Assembly (NCBI GenBank): GCA_963676615.1
Contig: OY781092.1
Location: 973,745-1,037,744, forward strand
Direction: 5' to 3'
DNA: 64,000 bases
Source: Candidatus Cloacimonadota bacterium
GTDB lineage: Bacteria > Cloacimonadota > Cloacimonadia > G963667145
How positions within the stretch are numbered: position 1 is the first letter of the stretch; each line of letters starts with the position of its first letter. The position numbers and the translations under genes were made by a program. Positions 1-9,661 of the stretch are shown here, piece after piece. The notes beneath the pieces were generated by a model, which saw only the letters and a program-made list of their open reading frames with translations, did no database searches and was not told where the DNA came from.

Positions 1-437
1 CCTAATGATGCAAACAAAGAAATTATTGTTTTTAACAATTCTCCTCCTTGCATTGATAAAAGTCCTTTTACATTTTCAAATAGAAAGGCTTTCGGATTAA
101 ATTCTTTAAGAATTCTATAATATTCTTGAAACAATTTACCTTTAGGGTCATCTACCCATCTTTTGCCAACCGTCGAATATGCTTGACAAGGCGGACCGCC
201 AACAACTAAATTAATTTCCCCTTTTTTTATATTAAAATCTTTTTCTAAATCTTTAATTCCAAATTCTTTAATATCTTTACAATACATTTTAACGACAGGA
301 TGATTTAATTCATAAGCCTTTGCCATATTAGGCAAAATTTCGTTAGCTGCAATTATTTCAAAATCGTCATCTTGTGCAAATCCATAACTTAAACCACCAA
401 CTCCAGCAAATAAATCAATTATTTTAATTTTTTTCAT
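1..437 (-). CDS. DNA (cytosine-5)-methyltransferase; only the N-terminal part lies in the window and the gene runs past position 1
   Basis: The reverse-complement translation starts MKKIKIIDLFAGVGGLSYGF (motif I FxGxGG). It later has GGPPCQAYS (the PC catalytic motif IV) and FLFENVKGL (ENV motif VI). The start codon is the complement of 435-437. Composition is AT-rich. Confidence 0.8.
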   Translation of the reverse strand, partial: MKKIKIIDLFAGVGGLSYGFAQDDDFEIIAANEILPNMAKAYELNHPVVKMYCKDIKEFGIKDLEKDFNIKKGEINLVVGGPPCQAYSTVGKRWVDDPKGKLFQEYYRILKEFNPKAFLFENVKGLLSMQGGELLKTIISLFASL

Positions 438-447
438 AGTAAATCCT

Positions 448-1242
448 CTAATTAAAATTTAAATCTGAAAATTTAGGGGGTTCTTCTGTTAATTTCCATA
501 CAAAATAATTTTGCTCAATATTAAATACAGTTTGACCTTCCATTTGTTGTCTTGTGATCCAATTTACATTATCATCTTCAATTTCATTCAATTTTACAAA
601 AGCAACTTGACCATTAAATAAATCAAAATGAATTACCATTGAAGAAATATTTTCTTCTCGTTTGATTTTTTTAGCTTCCAAAACTTTATGCTGTTTAATA
701 TCATTTACACCTACAAATCCTGATTGAATCTCTAGCCTGATCTTTTCTCCATTTTTTAAATTTACTTCTAAATCTGCTTTTGGTGTTCTTTTAAAAGTAT
801 TGATATTAATAAAATCATCATCACCAATTAATTTTATGTCTTCAATACTAACTTCAAAAACTAAACTTAATGCCTTTAGAAAATAATTGGTAATTATAAA
901 TCCCCTCATCCAAGAAAAATAGACTTGTTCTGGTCTTCTTCCTTGATTATTTAACTTTGGAATAATCTTATTTTTTTTCAGCTTCTCAAATACACAATTT
1001 ATATTTCCTAAGCAAAAAGTATCTAAATTTTTAATTTTAATCGATGAATCTGACAACTCGTCTATTTTTTTAATAATTTCAATTAACCTTTCATTAAATA
1101 ATGCAATATAGTTAAAATCAACAGTAGGAATTATATCTTTTCCTCCAAAAAAAGATTTAACATCTTGCTGATTAGTAAAACCAAGTTTTTGCCTGTATTC
1201 TTTAAAATATTTTGTATCTATTAGTTCCATTTTTGCCCCCAT
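448..1242 (-). CDS. Putative type II restriction endonuclease, partner of the adjacent C5-methyltransferase
   Basis: This 264-aa ORF lies 10 bp upstream of the m5C methyltransferase on the same strand. It shares the same AT-rich composition, which is atypical for the surrounding genome, and I recognise no housekeeping family. The nuclease assignment rests on gene context only. Confidence 0.35.
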   Translation of the reverse strand: MGAKMELIDTKYFKEYRQKLGFTNQQDVKSFFGGKDIIPTVDFNYIALFNERLIEIIKKIDELSDSSIKIKNLDTFCLGNINCVFEKLKKNKIIPKLNNQGRRPEQVYFSWMRGFIITNYFLKALSLVFEVSIEDIKLIGDDDFININTFKRTPKADLEVNLKNGEKIRLEIQSGFVGVNDIKQHKVLEAKKIKREENISSMVIHFDLFNGQVAFVKLNEIEDDNVNWITRQQMEGQTVFNIEQNYFVWKLTEEPPKFSDLNFN

Positions 1243-1469
1243 ATCATAAATTAAAAGTATTCATATTATATTAAGTCTTGCTTTCCTATTTAAAAATATT
1301 TTTGAAACGAAATGAATAAACACAGTAATTATCCCACATTTTATTTTAGGGAAAAAATCAAAATTATTCCCATTTGAAGCCTGCCAGCACCCATTCTTTA
1401 TTAAAAAAATACCGCCAATAAAAAAATTGGCTATCTAAAACACGGCAAAAACACCCAATTCGCAAATTT

Positions 1470-1964
1470 CTACCTATCTATAGCTTTAGCTTTTAGCCGC
1501 CTTAGCGCTTTGAACTTCAACTGTCGCACCTTTTCTCTGCTCAGATTCAGCCGCAGGGCGATTTTGTCCAGCGGCAACTTTTGCTCAAAAAATAGCCGCA
1601 AAACCGCCTCTTCCGCCTTGGGCATATCCTGCGGAACGCAAAGCTGAAAACCTTGCTCGTCCTCTGCCTCCGCCATTTCCGCCTTGTTCTGCGAAACCTC
1701 CTGCGCCAAATCTCGCTCCTGCAAATCACTGGTCTGCAACTCAAACTCTTTGCCCAAATACGCCAAAATCCGCTTTTTCACCCAAAAAAACGCGTAGGTC
1801 GAAAACTTCACCCTTTTGCTTGCGTCAAAGCGCTCCTGAGCATCCAAAATTCCCAAAAAGCCCTCTTGCTCCAAATCTTCCTGCAGGTGCTTATCGCCGC
1901 CAGAATAACGCTTCGCTACGCCTTTCACCAGCGGCAAAAACTCCTGAATTTCTTGGCTATCCAT
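1470..1964 (-). CDS. RNA polymerase sigma factor, sigma-70 family (small, ECF/SigH-like)
   Basis: It has a region-2-like segment (FSTYAFFWVKKRI) and a C-terminal region-4-like HTH (LSREKVRQLKFKALRRLK). It sits directly downstream of the histidine-kinase gene. Confidence 0.7.
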   Translation of the reverse strand: MDSQEIQEFLPLVKGVAKRYSGGDKHLQEDLEQEGFLGILDAQERFDASKRVKFSTYAFFWVKKRILAYLGKEFELQTSDLQERDLAQEVSQNKAEMAEAEDEQGFQLCVPQDMPKAEEAVLRLFFEQKLPLDKIALRLNLSREKVRQLKFKALRRLKAKAIDR

Positions 1965-3128
1965 CTACTGCTTGGACATCGAAACTCGCACCGTCGTGCC
2001 TTGTCCCAGCTGACTTTGCACCGCAATCTGCCAGCCGTGCTTTTCCACAATTTTCTTCACAATTGCAAGCCCCAAGCCAGTATTATCAACCGTTTTGGAG
2101 CGCGAGCTATCTCCCACAAAAAATCGCTGAAAAATTTTCGGCAAATTTTCCTTAGAAATCCCAACTCCAGAATCTGCTATCTGCAAAAAAACACCGCCGC
2201 TGGCATCTTCGCCAACCTCCACCAAAATCTGCCCCTGATGCGTATATTTCACCGCATTGCTCAAAAGATTCACCACCACCTGCTGCAAACGAAAAAAATC
2301 CGCCTGAACCTCCACCTTTGGCTGCGCAAACTTGGTCTTTATCGGAATTTTACTATTGGGAAACAAAAGCGTGCTCTCCTGCACAATCGCCACCAAATCG
2401 ACCTGCTCCAACTCCAGCGACACGCCCGATTCCACCGTCGCCAGCTGCAAAATATCGTCCACCAACTGCTTCAGCCGCTCGGCGTTCCGCTTGAGAATCG
2501 TCAAAACCTTATCGTCCCCCGCAGGCAAAAGCTCCAAAAACCCGCTAATCGTCGTAAGAGGCGTCTTTAGCTCGTGCGAAATATTTATCAAAAGATCTTT
2601 TTTGAGAAGCTGCAACTCATACAGCTGACTAATGTCCTGCAAAACGAACACCTTGCCGCCAGAGGGCAAATTCGAGCCACCAGCCACAAAATGTTTTTCG
2701 TTCAACTTAATATTTTTCGTGCTTTGACTGTCCGCATCAAAATCGTCCACAAAGCGAAAAAGCTCGGGAAAATCTATCAAATTCCAGTAAAAATCTGGCT
2801 CGAAATCTTTGTCCAAAAGCTCACAAAAAGCACTGTTTCCTCGCAAAATAATGCCCTGCTCGTTCTGAATCCAAACAGGAGACGGCAAAAATTGCAACAC
2901 CCCTTTCAGATCGTCCTTTTCCCGCAAAGCCAACTGTTTAGCCTGCTTTCCCTGCCCTTTTAGCTCCTGCAAATAAAGCGACCACGCCTTGCCTTTTTGC
3001 CTCTTGCTGATTTTTCCTTCCAAAGCCAGCTGCTGCAAAGCTCCAAGCAGTTGCAAATAGCGCCAGCGAAAAAACAGCCAACCAGCCAAAAAAACGCCAG
3101 CCAGCGTTGCCAAAAACCAAATCACCAC
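1965..3128 (-). CDS. Sensor histidine kinase
   Basis: It has an N-terminal TM helix, an H-box (ELKTPLTTISGFLELL) and a HATPase G-box (GLGLAIVKKIVEKHGW). It overlaps the upstream response-regulator gene by 7 nt. Confidence 0.85.
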   Translation of the reverse strand: MVIWFLATLAGVFLAGWLFFRWRYLQLLGALQQLALEGKISKRQKGKAWSLYLQELKGQGKQAKQLALREKDDLKGVLQFLPSPVWIQNEQGIILRGNSAFCELLDKDFEPDFYWNLIDFPELFRFVDDFDADSQSTKNIKLNEKHFVAGGSNLPSGGKVFVLQDISQLYELQLLKKDLLINISHELKTPLTTISGFLELLPAGDDKVLTILKRNAERLKQLVDDILQLATVESGVSLELEQVDLVAIVQESTLLFPNSKIPIKTKFAQPKVEVQADFFRLQQVVVNLLSNAVKYTHQGQILVEVGEDASGGVFLQIADSGVGISKENLPKIFQRFFVGDSSRSKTVDNTGLGLAIVKKIVEKHGWQIAVQSQLGQGTTVRVSMSKQ

Positions 3129-3823
3129 AGCTCCAATCTGTATCCAACCGAGCGAACTCCCGATATTTTCAGAGATTTTAGCTTGCTCCGCAGCTTTGCA
3201 ATGTGCACATCCACCGTCCGATCACTCACGATTTTATCTTGCCCCCACACAAAATCCAAAATTTTCTCCCGCGAAAAAACCGCACCAATTTTGCTCGAAA
3301 GCAGCTTCAAAATCGAAAACTCGGCGAAAGTCAAAGCGACCGCTTCACCATTTTCCAAAACCAAATGCGCATCAAAATCGATGCGCACAGATTGTCCCAA
3401 ACTCCGCACTTTTTCCTGCGGTTTTTGCTCGTTTTTTTGTGAAAAATCCCGCTGACGACGCAAAAAGGCTCGCACCCTTGCCAGCAACTCCTTGGGATGA
3501 AAAGGCTTGGTAATATAGTCGTCTGCGCCAAGCTCCAGCCCAAGCACCTTGTCCGTGATGTCGCCTCTGGCAGTGAGCATCAGCACAAAAACCTGCGGAA
3601 AAGCTTTTTTCAAATCTTTGCAAATCTCAAGACCGTCTTTGCCAGGCAGCATCAAATCCAAAACCACCAAGTCTGGCAGCTGCGCTATCACAGCGTCCTC
3701 AAAATCCCGATAATCCGCAAAAGTCTGAAGCACAAAATTCGCATCGGCAAGGCTGGCGCGCACCAGCTCCAAAATATCTGGCTCATCGTCCAAAACATAA
3801 ATCAGCTTTTTCACTTTCGACAT
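3122..3823 (-). CDS. OmpR/PhoB-family response regulator with a winged-helix output domain
   Basis: The receiver domain carries conserved Asp residues (VLDDEPD ... LVVLDLMLPGKDG). The C-terminus is a trans_reg_C-like winged helix (RTVDVHIAKLRSKL). Confidence 0.85.
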   Translation of the reverse strand: MSKVKKLIYVLDDEPDILELVRASLADANFVLQTFADYRDFEDAVIAQLPDLVVLDLMLPGKDGLEICKDLKKAFPQVFVLMLTARGDITDKVLGLELGADDYITKPFHPKELLARVRAFLRRQRDFSQKNEQKPQEKVRSLGQSVRIDFDAHLVLENGEAVALTFAEFSILKLLSSKIGAVFSREKILDFVWGQDKIVSDRTVDVHIAKLRSKLKSLKISGVRSVGYRLELW

Positions 3824-3844
3824 TCAATTTTCCACATTTTTTAA

Positions 3845-4318
3845 TTAGACGACGCCGGGATAAAAATTTTGCACAAGTTCCAGCAAAAACCGCAAAATCC
3901 GAGACGACGCCACCGCAGGATTTTGCAAGAGATTGTAATCGAAAAAAATATTGAAGCCAACAGAAAGCAGCGCCACAATTCCCAAAAATAAAAGCACAAT
4001 GAATAGAGCGCCCAAAATCTTATCGTAAATTCCTAAGTCCAAAAAATCCAATCCTTTACGAATATAGACGCTAAAAATTTTGAGCAAAATCACGACCGCC
4101 AAAAAAATCAAAACGAAAGCAATCAACTTGCCCACAAAAACAGAAAGCCCAAACTCGTTTGCAAAAATTCCAGCCAAAACATCGCCAAAAAATACGCCGA
4201 AAACGACTGTGCCGACCACCGCCAGCACCTTGGTCAAAAAGCTGACAAACCCTTTGATGAAGCCATATACAAACAAGCCAAAGCCCAAAATCAACAAGAC
4301 AATATCTAAAATATTCAT
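3845..4318 (-). CDS. cvpA: CvpA-family membrane protein (colicin V production protein-like)
   Basis: The protein starts MNILDIVLLILGFGLFVYGFIKGF and has several TM helices, a typical CvpA N-terminus. The start is chosen at the internal Met of the track ORF. Confidence 0.6.
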   Translation of the reverse strand: MNILDIVLLILGFGLFVYGFIKGFVSFLTKVLAVVGTVVFGVFFGDVLAGIFANEFGLSVFVGKLIAFVLIFLAVVILLKIFSVYIRKGLDFLDLGIYDKILGALFIVLLFLGIVALLSVGFNIFFDYNLLQNPAVASSRILRFLLELVQNFYPGVV

Positions 4319-4402
4319 ACCATAAACAAAAGGCAATGCCTACCTCGTCTCACATCGACCAGCATACGCACTGCCTTATTTTTTTTAGTTCAAATTTGAA
4401 AA

Positions 4403-4609
4403 CTAATAACCTCTCATACGAGTCAACTTGCGTTGCTTGTTAAAAAGCTTTCTCTTAACCGCATTCACTTCGCGGCGTTTTTTGACAGAAGGCTTCTCGT
4501 AGCGTTGATTTTTTTTGATATCAGACAACACTCCCGCAATCTCGCACTTCTTCTTAAACTTGCGAAGCAAAACCTCAAAAGGTTCTTTATTTTTGGAAAC
4601 AACCATCGG
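4403..4609 (-). CDS. rpsU: 30S ribosomal protein S21
   Basis: The sequence MPMVVSKNKEPFEVLLRKFKKKCEIAGVLSDIKKNQRYEKPSVKKRREVNAVKRK matches the S21 consensus. The start is chosen at the internal Met. Confidence 0.85.
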   Translation of the reverse strand, partial: PMVVSKNKEPFEVLLRKFKKKCEIAGVLSDIKKNQRYEKPSVKKRREVNAVKRKLFNKQRKLTRMRGY

Positions 4610-4838
4610 CATAAGTAACATCACCCCACTTTTTGCTGTATTTTTTTCCTTTAGCAAAACCAAAACAAACTCCCTGCGTTATCGGTCAAGGAAATTGTTT
4701 GCTATTGGGGAAATTTATTTTGACGACACCGCTGGAAAATCTGCTCGACCAAATTTGAAGCTAAAAACAAACGGCACAATTTATATATTTCTTGACACTC
4801 TCCACCCAATGACAAAAAAATGCTTCATAATTTGGAAA

Positions 4839-4915
<77 letters not shown>

Positions 4916-4940
4916 TTTTTTTAAAAAGCAAATAAAAAAA

Positions 4941-4972
4941 ACAGCCACTTTTTTACGAGTGACTGTTTTTTT
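4941..4972. terminator. Putative bidirectional intrinsic terminator between the tRNA gene and the permease gene
   Basis: An imperfect 8-bp hairpin (ACAGCCAC ... GTGACTGT) is flanked by an A-run on one side and a T-run on the other. It lies between convergent genes. Confidence 0.4.
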
Positions 4973-4986
4973 GTAACTAAAAATTA

Positions 4987-6357
4987 CTAAACATCAATTT
5001 CGTTCTCTTCTTTTTTATCAAGAGGCAAAATCATATTAGCGATGATAGCAGTAACACCACCTGTTGTAATAGGCGAGCTAAAGATGCTTTTGATAACAGT
5101 TGGGAAGTGATTCATCACCCCTGGCACCATTTGCACACCCAAGCCAAGTCCAAAAGAAAGCGCCAAAATCATCACGCCTCTTCTGTCCAAACCGTGCTTG
5201 GTGATAATCTTGATACCAGAAGACGCAACCGTTCCAAACATAATCAGAGTAGCTCCACCCAAAACTGGTTTAGGCATCACTTGGAAAACTCCACCGATAA
5301 CTGGGAACAATCCCAAAAGCACCAAAAGACCTGCAATGTAAAGCCCCACATAACGAGAAGCGATACCAGTCAATTGGATGATACCGTTATTTTGACTGAA
5401 AGTAGTGTTAGGGAAAGTGTTAAAAACTGAAGCCAAAGCTGAGTTGAAACCGTCACCCAATACACCGTCGCCGATTCTCTTGAGATACAAATCGCCTTCT
5501 ACAGGCTCGCCAGAAACCATACTTGTCGCAGTAAGGTCACCAGTTGACTCGATAATCGTGATGATATAAATCAAACCGATAGTAAGGAAAGCCGAAACAT
5601 CAAAATTGAAGCCGTATTTGAAAGGAATAGGAATGTTAAAAACTGGCAATTGAGCAATAGGACTAAAATCGATTCCCACGGTGAAAAGAGCTGTAAAATA
5701 TCCTACAGCCAAACCGATAACAATCGACGCCATTCTGAGCATTGGTTGTCTTGAGCGGTTAAAGATAATCACCGTAAATAAAGTCAAAAACGCCAAACCA
5801 AGGCTTTCCATAGATGCAAATTGATCTGGGAAGTGATCTTTGATATACTGTCCACCAGCCATATCGGTAATTCCTACTTGAATAAGACTAAGACCGATAA
5901 GAGTCACCACGATACCAGAAACCAGCGGCGTAATCACTGTCCGCAAACGGTGAATAAACCGACTACCGATCATCTCGATAAACGATCCGAAGAAACAAGC
6001 CGTAAAGATTGTAGCAAGAACGAGCTCTACGCCACCACCTTGACCTTTAATCGCAAAACCTGCGCCCAAAATCGGACCCAAGAAAGCGAAGCTAGTTCCC
6101 TGAATACTCAAAAGTCCAGAACCAATAGGTCCAAACTTTTTCACCTGAATGAATGTGGCAAGACCAGAGACGATAAGCGCCATTCCAATAAGATACGGAA
6201 CCTCGCTGCCCAGACCAAGCACACTGCCGATGATAATCGTTGGAGTAATAATAGCCACGAATACACCCAGCAGGTGCTGAAAAGCAGCCAAAAGAGCTGT
6301 AACCGGCGCAGGCCTATCATTCAATCCAAACACCAAATCGGTATTTTTGTTTTCCAT
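4987..6357 (-). CDS. Nucleobase:cation symporter-2 (NCS2) family permease (xanthine/uracil permease family)
   Basis: A 456-aa polytopic membrane protein with NCS2-like composition and Gly-rich helices. A strong RBS (AAGGAGG) lies upstream. Confidence 0.7.
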   Translation of the reverse strand: MENKNTDLVFGLNDRPAPVTALLAAFQHLLGVFVAIITPTIIIGSVLGLGSEVPYLIGMALIVSGLATFIQVKKFGPIGSGLLSIQGTSFAFLGPILGAGFAIKGQGGGVELVLATIFTACFFGSFIEMIGSRFIHRLRTVITPLVSGIVVTLIGLSLIQVGITDMAGGQYIKDHFPDQFASMESLGLAFLTLFTVIIFNRSRQPMLRMASIVIGLAVGYFTALFTVGIDFSPIAQLPVFNIPIPFKYGFNFDVSAFLTIGLIYIITIIESTGDLTATSMVSGEPVEGDLYLKRIGDGVLGDGFNSALASVFNTFPNTTFSQNNGIIQLTGIASRYVGLYIAGLLVLLGLFPVIGGVFQVMPKPVLGGATLIMFGTVASSGIKIITKHGLDRRGVMILALSFGLGLGVQMVPGVMNHFPTVIKSIFSSPITTGGVTAIIANMILPLDKKEENEIDV

Positions 6358-6640
6358 TCCCCCTCCTTATTTTTATGTGGAATAAATTATGATACCACGA
6401 TTGGACATAAACCAAAATCTAGTCAAATAATTTATGCAAAAAATACGCCACACGCACTGGCAATCTCCCGCTAACTGTTTAATAATTCAACCAACTAGCA
6501 CAAAATCCAACAAAATCAAGCGCGAGAGTTATTTTTGGCAAACTATCCCGTAAACCTTCGGATTTCTTCTGGCGGCAAAAAACCCTTGACTCCTATATGA
6601 ATAAATAAAAAATAGCTAAAAAAATAAGAGAAGGACGGTT

Positions 6641-7396
6641 ATGAAGATAGTATCAGTCGTCAATCAAAAAGGTGGAGTGGGCAAAACCACAACTTCGGTA
6701 AACCTGTCGGCAGCTTTGGGCGTCTATGAAAAAAAGACTTTGCTTATCGATTTCGACCCGCAAGGCAACTCCACTTCTGGCATCGGCATAAACAAAGACA
6801 AGGTCAACAGCCAAGTTTACAAAATGCTAATCGGCGAAAAAAGCATCAAATCTTGCATCGTCAAATCCAACTACAAAAAATTGGATGTCGTCCCCGCTGA
6901 CATAAACCTCACTGGAGCCGAAATCGAACTGGTCAAAGAGTATGCACGCGAGCAAAAGCTAAAAAACGCTCTAGCTCCGATTTTGGACGACTACGAATAC
7001 ATCATCATCGACTGCCCGCCATCGCTTGGACTGCTGACAATAAACGCCCTGACGGCTAGCACTCATGTAATTTTGCCCATTCAGTGCGAATACTACGCCC
7101 TGGAAGGCGTGAGCCAATTGCTAAACACAATTCGCCTGATCCAAAGCAACTTAAACCCCAAGCTCGATATTTTGGGCGTGCTCCTGACGATGTATGACAA
7201 ACGGCTCAACCTGTGCCAGCAAGTCGAAGAAGATGTCAAAAATTATTTCGGCGACAAAGTTTTCAAATCTTGCATCCACCGCAATGTGAAGCTCAGCGAA
7301 GCTCCCAGTTTTGGCAAAACCATCTTCGACTACGAAATCACCTCGCGCGGCGCACAAGACTATCTGAACTTGGTAAAAGAGGTCGCATCCAGATGA
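6641..7396 (+). CDS. parA: Chromosome partitioning ATPase ParA/Soj
   Basis: It has the deviant Walker A KGGVGKTTT and the overall ParA pattern. Its stop overlaps the start of parB. Confidence 0.9.
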   Translation: MKIVSVVNQKGGVGKTTTSVNLSAALGVYEKKTLLIDFDPQGNSTSGIGINKDKVNSQVYKMLIGEKSIKSCIVKSNYKKLDVVPADINLTGAEIELVKEYAREQKLKNALAPILDDYEYIIIDCPPSLGLLTINALTASTHVILPIQCEYYALEGVSQLLNTIRLIQSNLNPKLDILGVLLTMYDKRLNLCQQVEEDVKNYFGDKVFKSCIHRNVKLSEAPSFGKTIFDYEITSRGAQDYLNLVKEVASR

Positions 7397-8253
7397 AAAA
7401 AAAACTCGGACGCGGACTAGAAGCGCTCATCAAGCCCGTCGATTTCAAACCAGTTGACGAAAAACAAAGCGATACGAAAAGCGAAAATTTCGTAAACGAA
7501 GTCCAGACAAAACTGATTTTTCCCAACCGTTATCAGCCTCGGCGACATTTTGATTTGGAAAAATTGGCTGAACTGCGCGATTCGATTCTCGAAAACGGCA
7601 TTATTCAACCGCTGATTGTTACCCAGCAAGACGACGAGCATTACGAGCTAATCGCCGGAGAACGCCGCCTGCAAGCCGCAAAATTGGCTAAGCTGGAAAA
7701 GGTGCCAGTCGTTGTGCGAGAGGCGACCAGCCAACAGATGCTGCAACTGGCGATTATCGAAAATGTGCAGCGCGAAAACCTCAACCCTATCGAAGAGGCG
7801 GAGAGCTATCAGCGCCTGCGCCAAGAGTTCAACTATACTCACGGCGAAATCGCCACCGCAATGGGCAAAGACCGCACCACTATCTCCAACTTTTTGCGAC
7901 TTTTGAGTCTGGAAAATTCCATCAAACAGTTGCTCGTCAAAAACAAAATCAGTATGGGACACGCCAAAGTTATTATGCAAGCGGAGCCCGAACAGCGAGA
8001 AAAAATTGCGCAAACGATTGCCGAAAAAGGTCTCTCGGTGCGTGCCAGCGAATCTTTGGTAAAATCTTCTGCCACCGTCGCCAAAAACAAGCAAGCCAAA
8101 ATAGATTTTTCACAAATGGAACAAACGCTGAAAAACAAATACAAAGTTTCCGTGAAAATACAAGGAACAAGCAGCAAGGGCAAAGTCGTCCTTTCTTATC
8201 AGTCGAAAAATCAAAAAGAAGAGCTCCTAAAACTTCTCGCCGATGAAAAATAA
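7393..8253 (+). CDS. parB: Chromosome partitioning protein ParB/Spo0J
   Basis: The protein starts MKKKLGRGLEALI, contains the ParB box GERRLQAAKLA and an HTH. The start is taken at the ATG overlapping the parA stop. The track ORF extends further upstream. Confidence 0.9.
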   Translation: MKKKLGRGLEALIKPVDFKPVDEKQSDTKSENFVNEVQTKLIFPNRYQPRRHFDLEKLAELRDSILENGIIQPLIVTQQDDEHYELIAGERRLQAAKLAKLEKVPVVVREATSQQMLQLAIIENVQRENLNPIEEAESYQRLRQEFNYTHGEIATAMGKDRTTISNFLRLLSLENSIKQLLVKNKISMGHAKVIMQAEPEQREKIAQTIAEKGLSVRASESLVKSSATVAKNKQAKIDFSQMEQTLKNKYKVSVKIQGTSSKGKVVLSYQSKNQKEELLKLLADEK

Positions 8254-8896
8254 GCACTTTGGCATAATTCTCTTCATTTTGATGCTCACTTTTTTGCTGG
8301 CCAGTTTTTTTTTGAACTACCATTTGATGAATAGGCTGGAAAAAAGCTCGCAAAAAATCAACACTCTTACCAAAAAGCTGGATTCGTATCAGCAAAACTT
8401 ATTGCAAAACAAAGACTTAAACAACAATCTGAAGCTGGAAAAATTGCGTTTGGCGCTGGAAAATTATCTGACAGAAAAACCGAAACCCAAAAAATACAAA
8501 GGCGAAAATCTGAGCAATCCCCAAAATTTTTATCCCGATATTTTACCTGTAAAAAAGCCGTTTCGGATCAGCAAAAAATTTAGCGAAAATCACCAAGGGC
8601 TAGATTTTGCGGGAAAAAAAGGCTCTCCTGTGCTGGCTAGCGCTGCGGGAATGATCGAAAAAACTAGCGACGAGACATATTTTGGCAAGTCGATTGTCGT
8701 CAATCACCTGAACGGCTTCAAGACGGTTTATGCACACCTGGACTCGATTATTCCATCAAAAAACACATTTGTGCAAAAAAATGAGCAAATCGGCACACTG
8801 GGAAATTCGGGATACAGCACCAGCCCGCATCTGCACTACGAAATCTGGCAACACGAAAAAAAAGAAAATCCACAAAATTTTATAAAAGACAATTAA
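8243..8896 (+). CDS. M23-family metallopeptidase
   Basis: M23 motifs are present: HQGLDFAG, then GNSGYSTSPHLHYEI. There is an N-terminal TM or signal segment. Confidence 0.8.
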   Translation: MKNKHFGIILFILMLTFLLASFFLNYHLMNRLEKSSQKINTLTKKLDSYQQNLLQNKDLNNNLKLEKLRLALENYLTEKPKPKKYKGENLSNPQNFYPDILPVKKPFRISKKFSENHQGLDFAGKKGSPVLASAAGMIEKTSDETYFGKSIVVNHLNGFKTVYAHLDSIIPSKNTFVQKNEQIGTLGNSGYSTSPHLHYEIWQHEKKENPQNFIKDN

Positions 8897-8909
8897 GGAG
8901 CAAACTGTT

Positions 8910-9263
8910 ATGATAAAAGAAAAAAATCGGGAAATTGAAGTTTCTTCCATCATCGGCAAAGACCTGAAAATCAACGGCGACATCAGCGGCGAGAACGGTA
9001 TCAAAATCGATGGCGATGTCTGCGGCAATATCGTCGGCAAATCTTTGATTTCCATCACCACCAGCGGGAAAGTTGAGGGCAACATCGACTGCCACAACTG
9101 CATCATCGCTGGCATCGTAAACGGCGGCGTCAACTGCAAAAACACCATCGAAATCAAAAAAAGCGCCAAAATCACTGGCGACATCAAAGCCATCACCTTG
9201 ATTGTAGAGCCAGGAGCGACCCTCAACGGCAACTGCACGATGGGCAAAGATGTCATCGAGTAA
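8910..9263 (+). CDS. Bactofilin (CcmA-like cytoskeletal protein)
   Basis: A beta-helical repeat pattern (ING DISGENGIKIDGDVCGNIVGKS ... ITGDIKAITLIVEPGATLNGN) typical of the bactofilin DUF583 domain. A good RBS (AAGGAG) is present. Confidence 0.75.
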   Translation: MIKEKNREIEVSSIIGKDLKINGDISGENGIKIDGDVCGNIVGKSLISITTSGKVEGNIDCHNCIIAGIVNGGVNCKNTIEIKKSAKITGDIKAITLIVEPGATLNGNCTMGKDVIE

Positions 9264-9621
9264 AAAACATTTCATCTACTTGGGCAAAGTCTGCCTGCTG
9301 AGCGTAGTGCTGGCTTGCCCGGGAATGCTCTTGCCCTCTGGATTCAGCCTTTTTTTGGGACTAATAGGAGGGTTATTTTTTTTGCTGGCAATGGGAGTGA
9401 GCACAATCATCGCCATCTCCTCGCGTTTTCGCACCAGCAAAGCCGTCCTCATCGGCTTCGGCGCCCGCTTTTTGTTCGTCGCCCTCTACAGCTACCTGCT
9501 CTTTACGCACCTCAAATTGCAAGTCATCGCCTATGGCCTCGGGCTTTTTTTGCCAATCGTCAGCCTCTACATCTACGAAGCCTACCTCTTTTGGTTACAC
9601 CACAACCAGAAAAAATCTTAG
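9250..9621 (+). CDS. Small hypothetical membrane protein
   Basis: A 123-aa ORF with 3-4 hydrophobic helices. Its start overlaps the end of the bactofilin gene. Confidence 0.4.
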   Translation: MSSSKKHFIYLGKVCLLSVVLACPGMLLPSGFSLFLGLIGGLFFLLAMGVSTIIAISSRFRTSKAVLIGFGARFLFVALYSYLLFTHLKLQVIAYGLGLFLPIVSLYIYEAYLFWLHHNQKKS

Positions 9622-9661
9622 CTCGATAATTTCGCAACAAGCAAAACACACACAAAATTTT

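Noticed and set aside
1653-2570. 305-aa plus-strand ORF, with a nested 111-aa ORF, antisense to the histidine-kinase and sigma-factor genes
   Set aside because: Low-complexity, Arg/His/Leu/Gln-rich translation opposite well-conserved genes. A typical shadow ORF.
4325-4390. Imperfect hairpin plus U-run downstream of rpsU on the minus strand as a terminator
   Set aside because: A 7/8-bp stem with a 28-nt loop overlapping the cvpA start region is too weak or irregular to call confidently.
4792-4838. TTGACA upstream of the tRNA-Val gene as its promoter
   Set aside because: No acceptable -10 element at the correct spacing.
7213-7392. N-terminal extension of the ParB ORF overlapping the 3' end of parA
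   Set aside because: The ParB-typical start MKKKLGRGLEALI begins at the ATG overlapping the parA stop. The extension is Arg-rich read-through of the parA frame.
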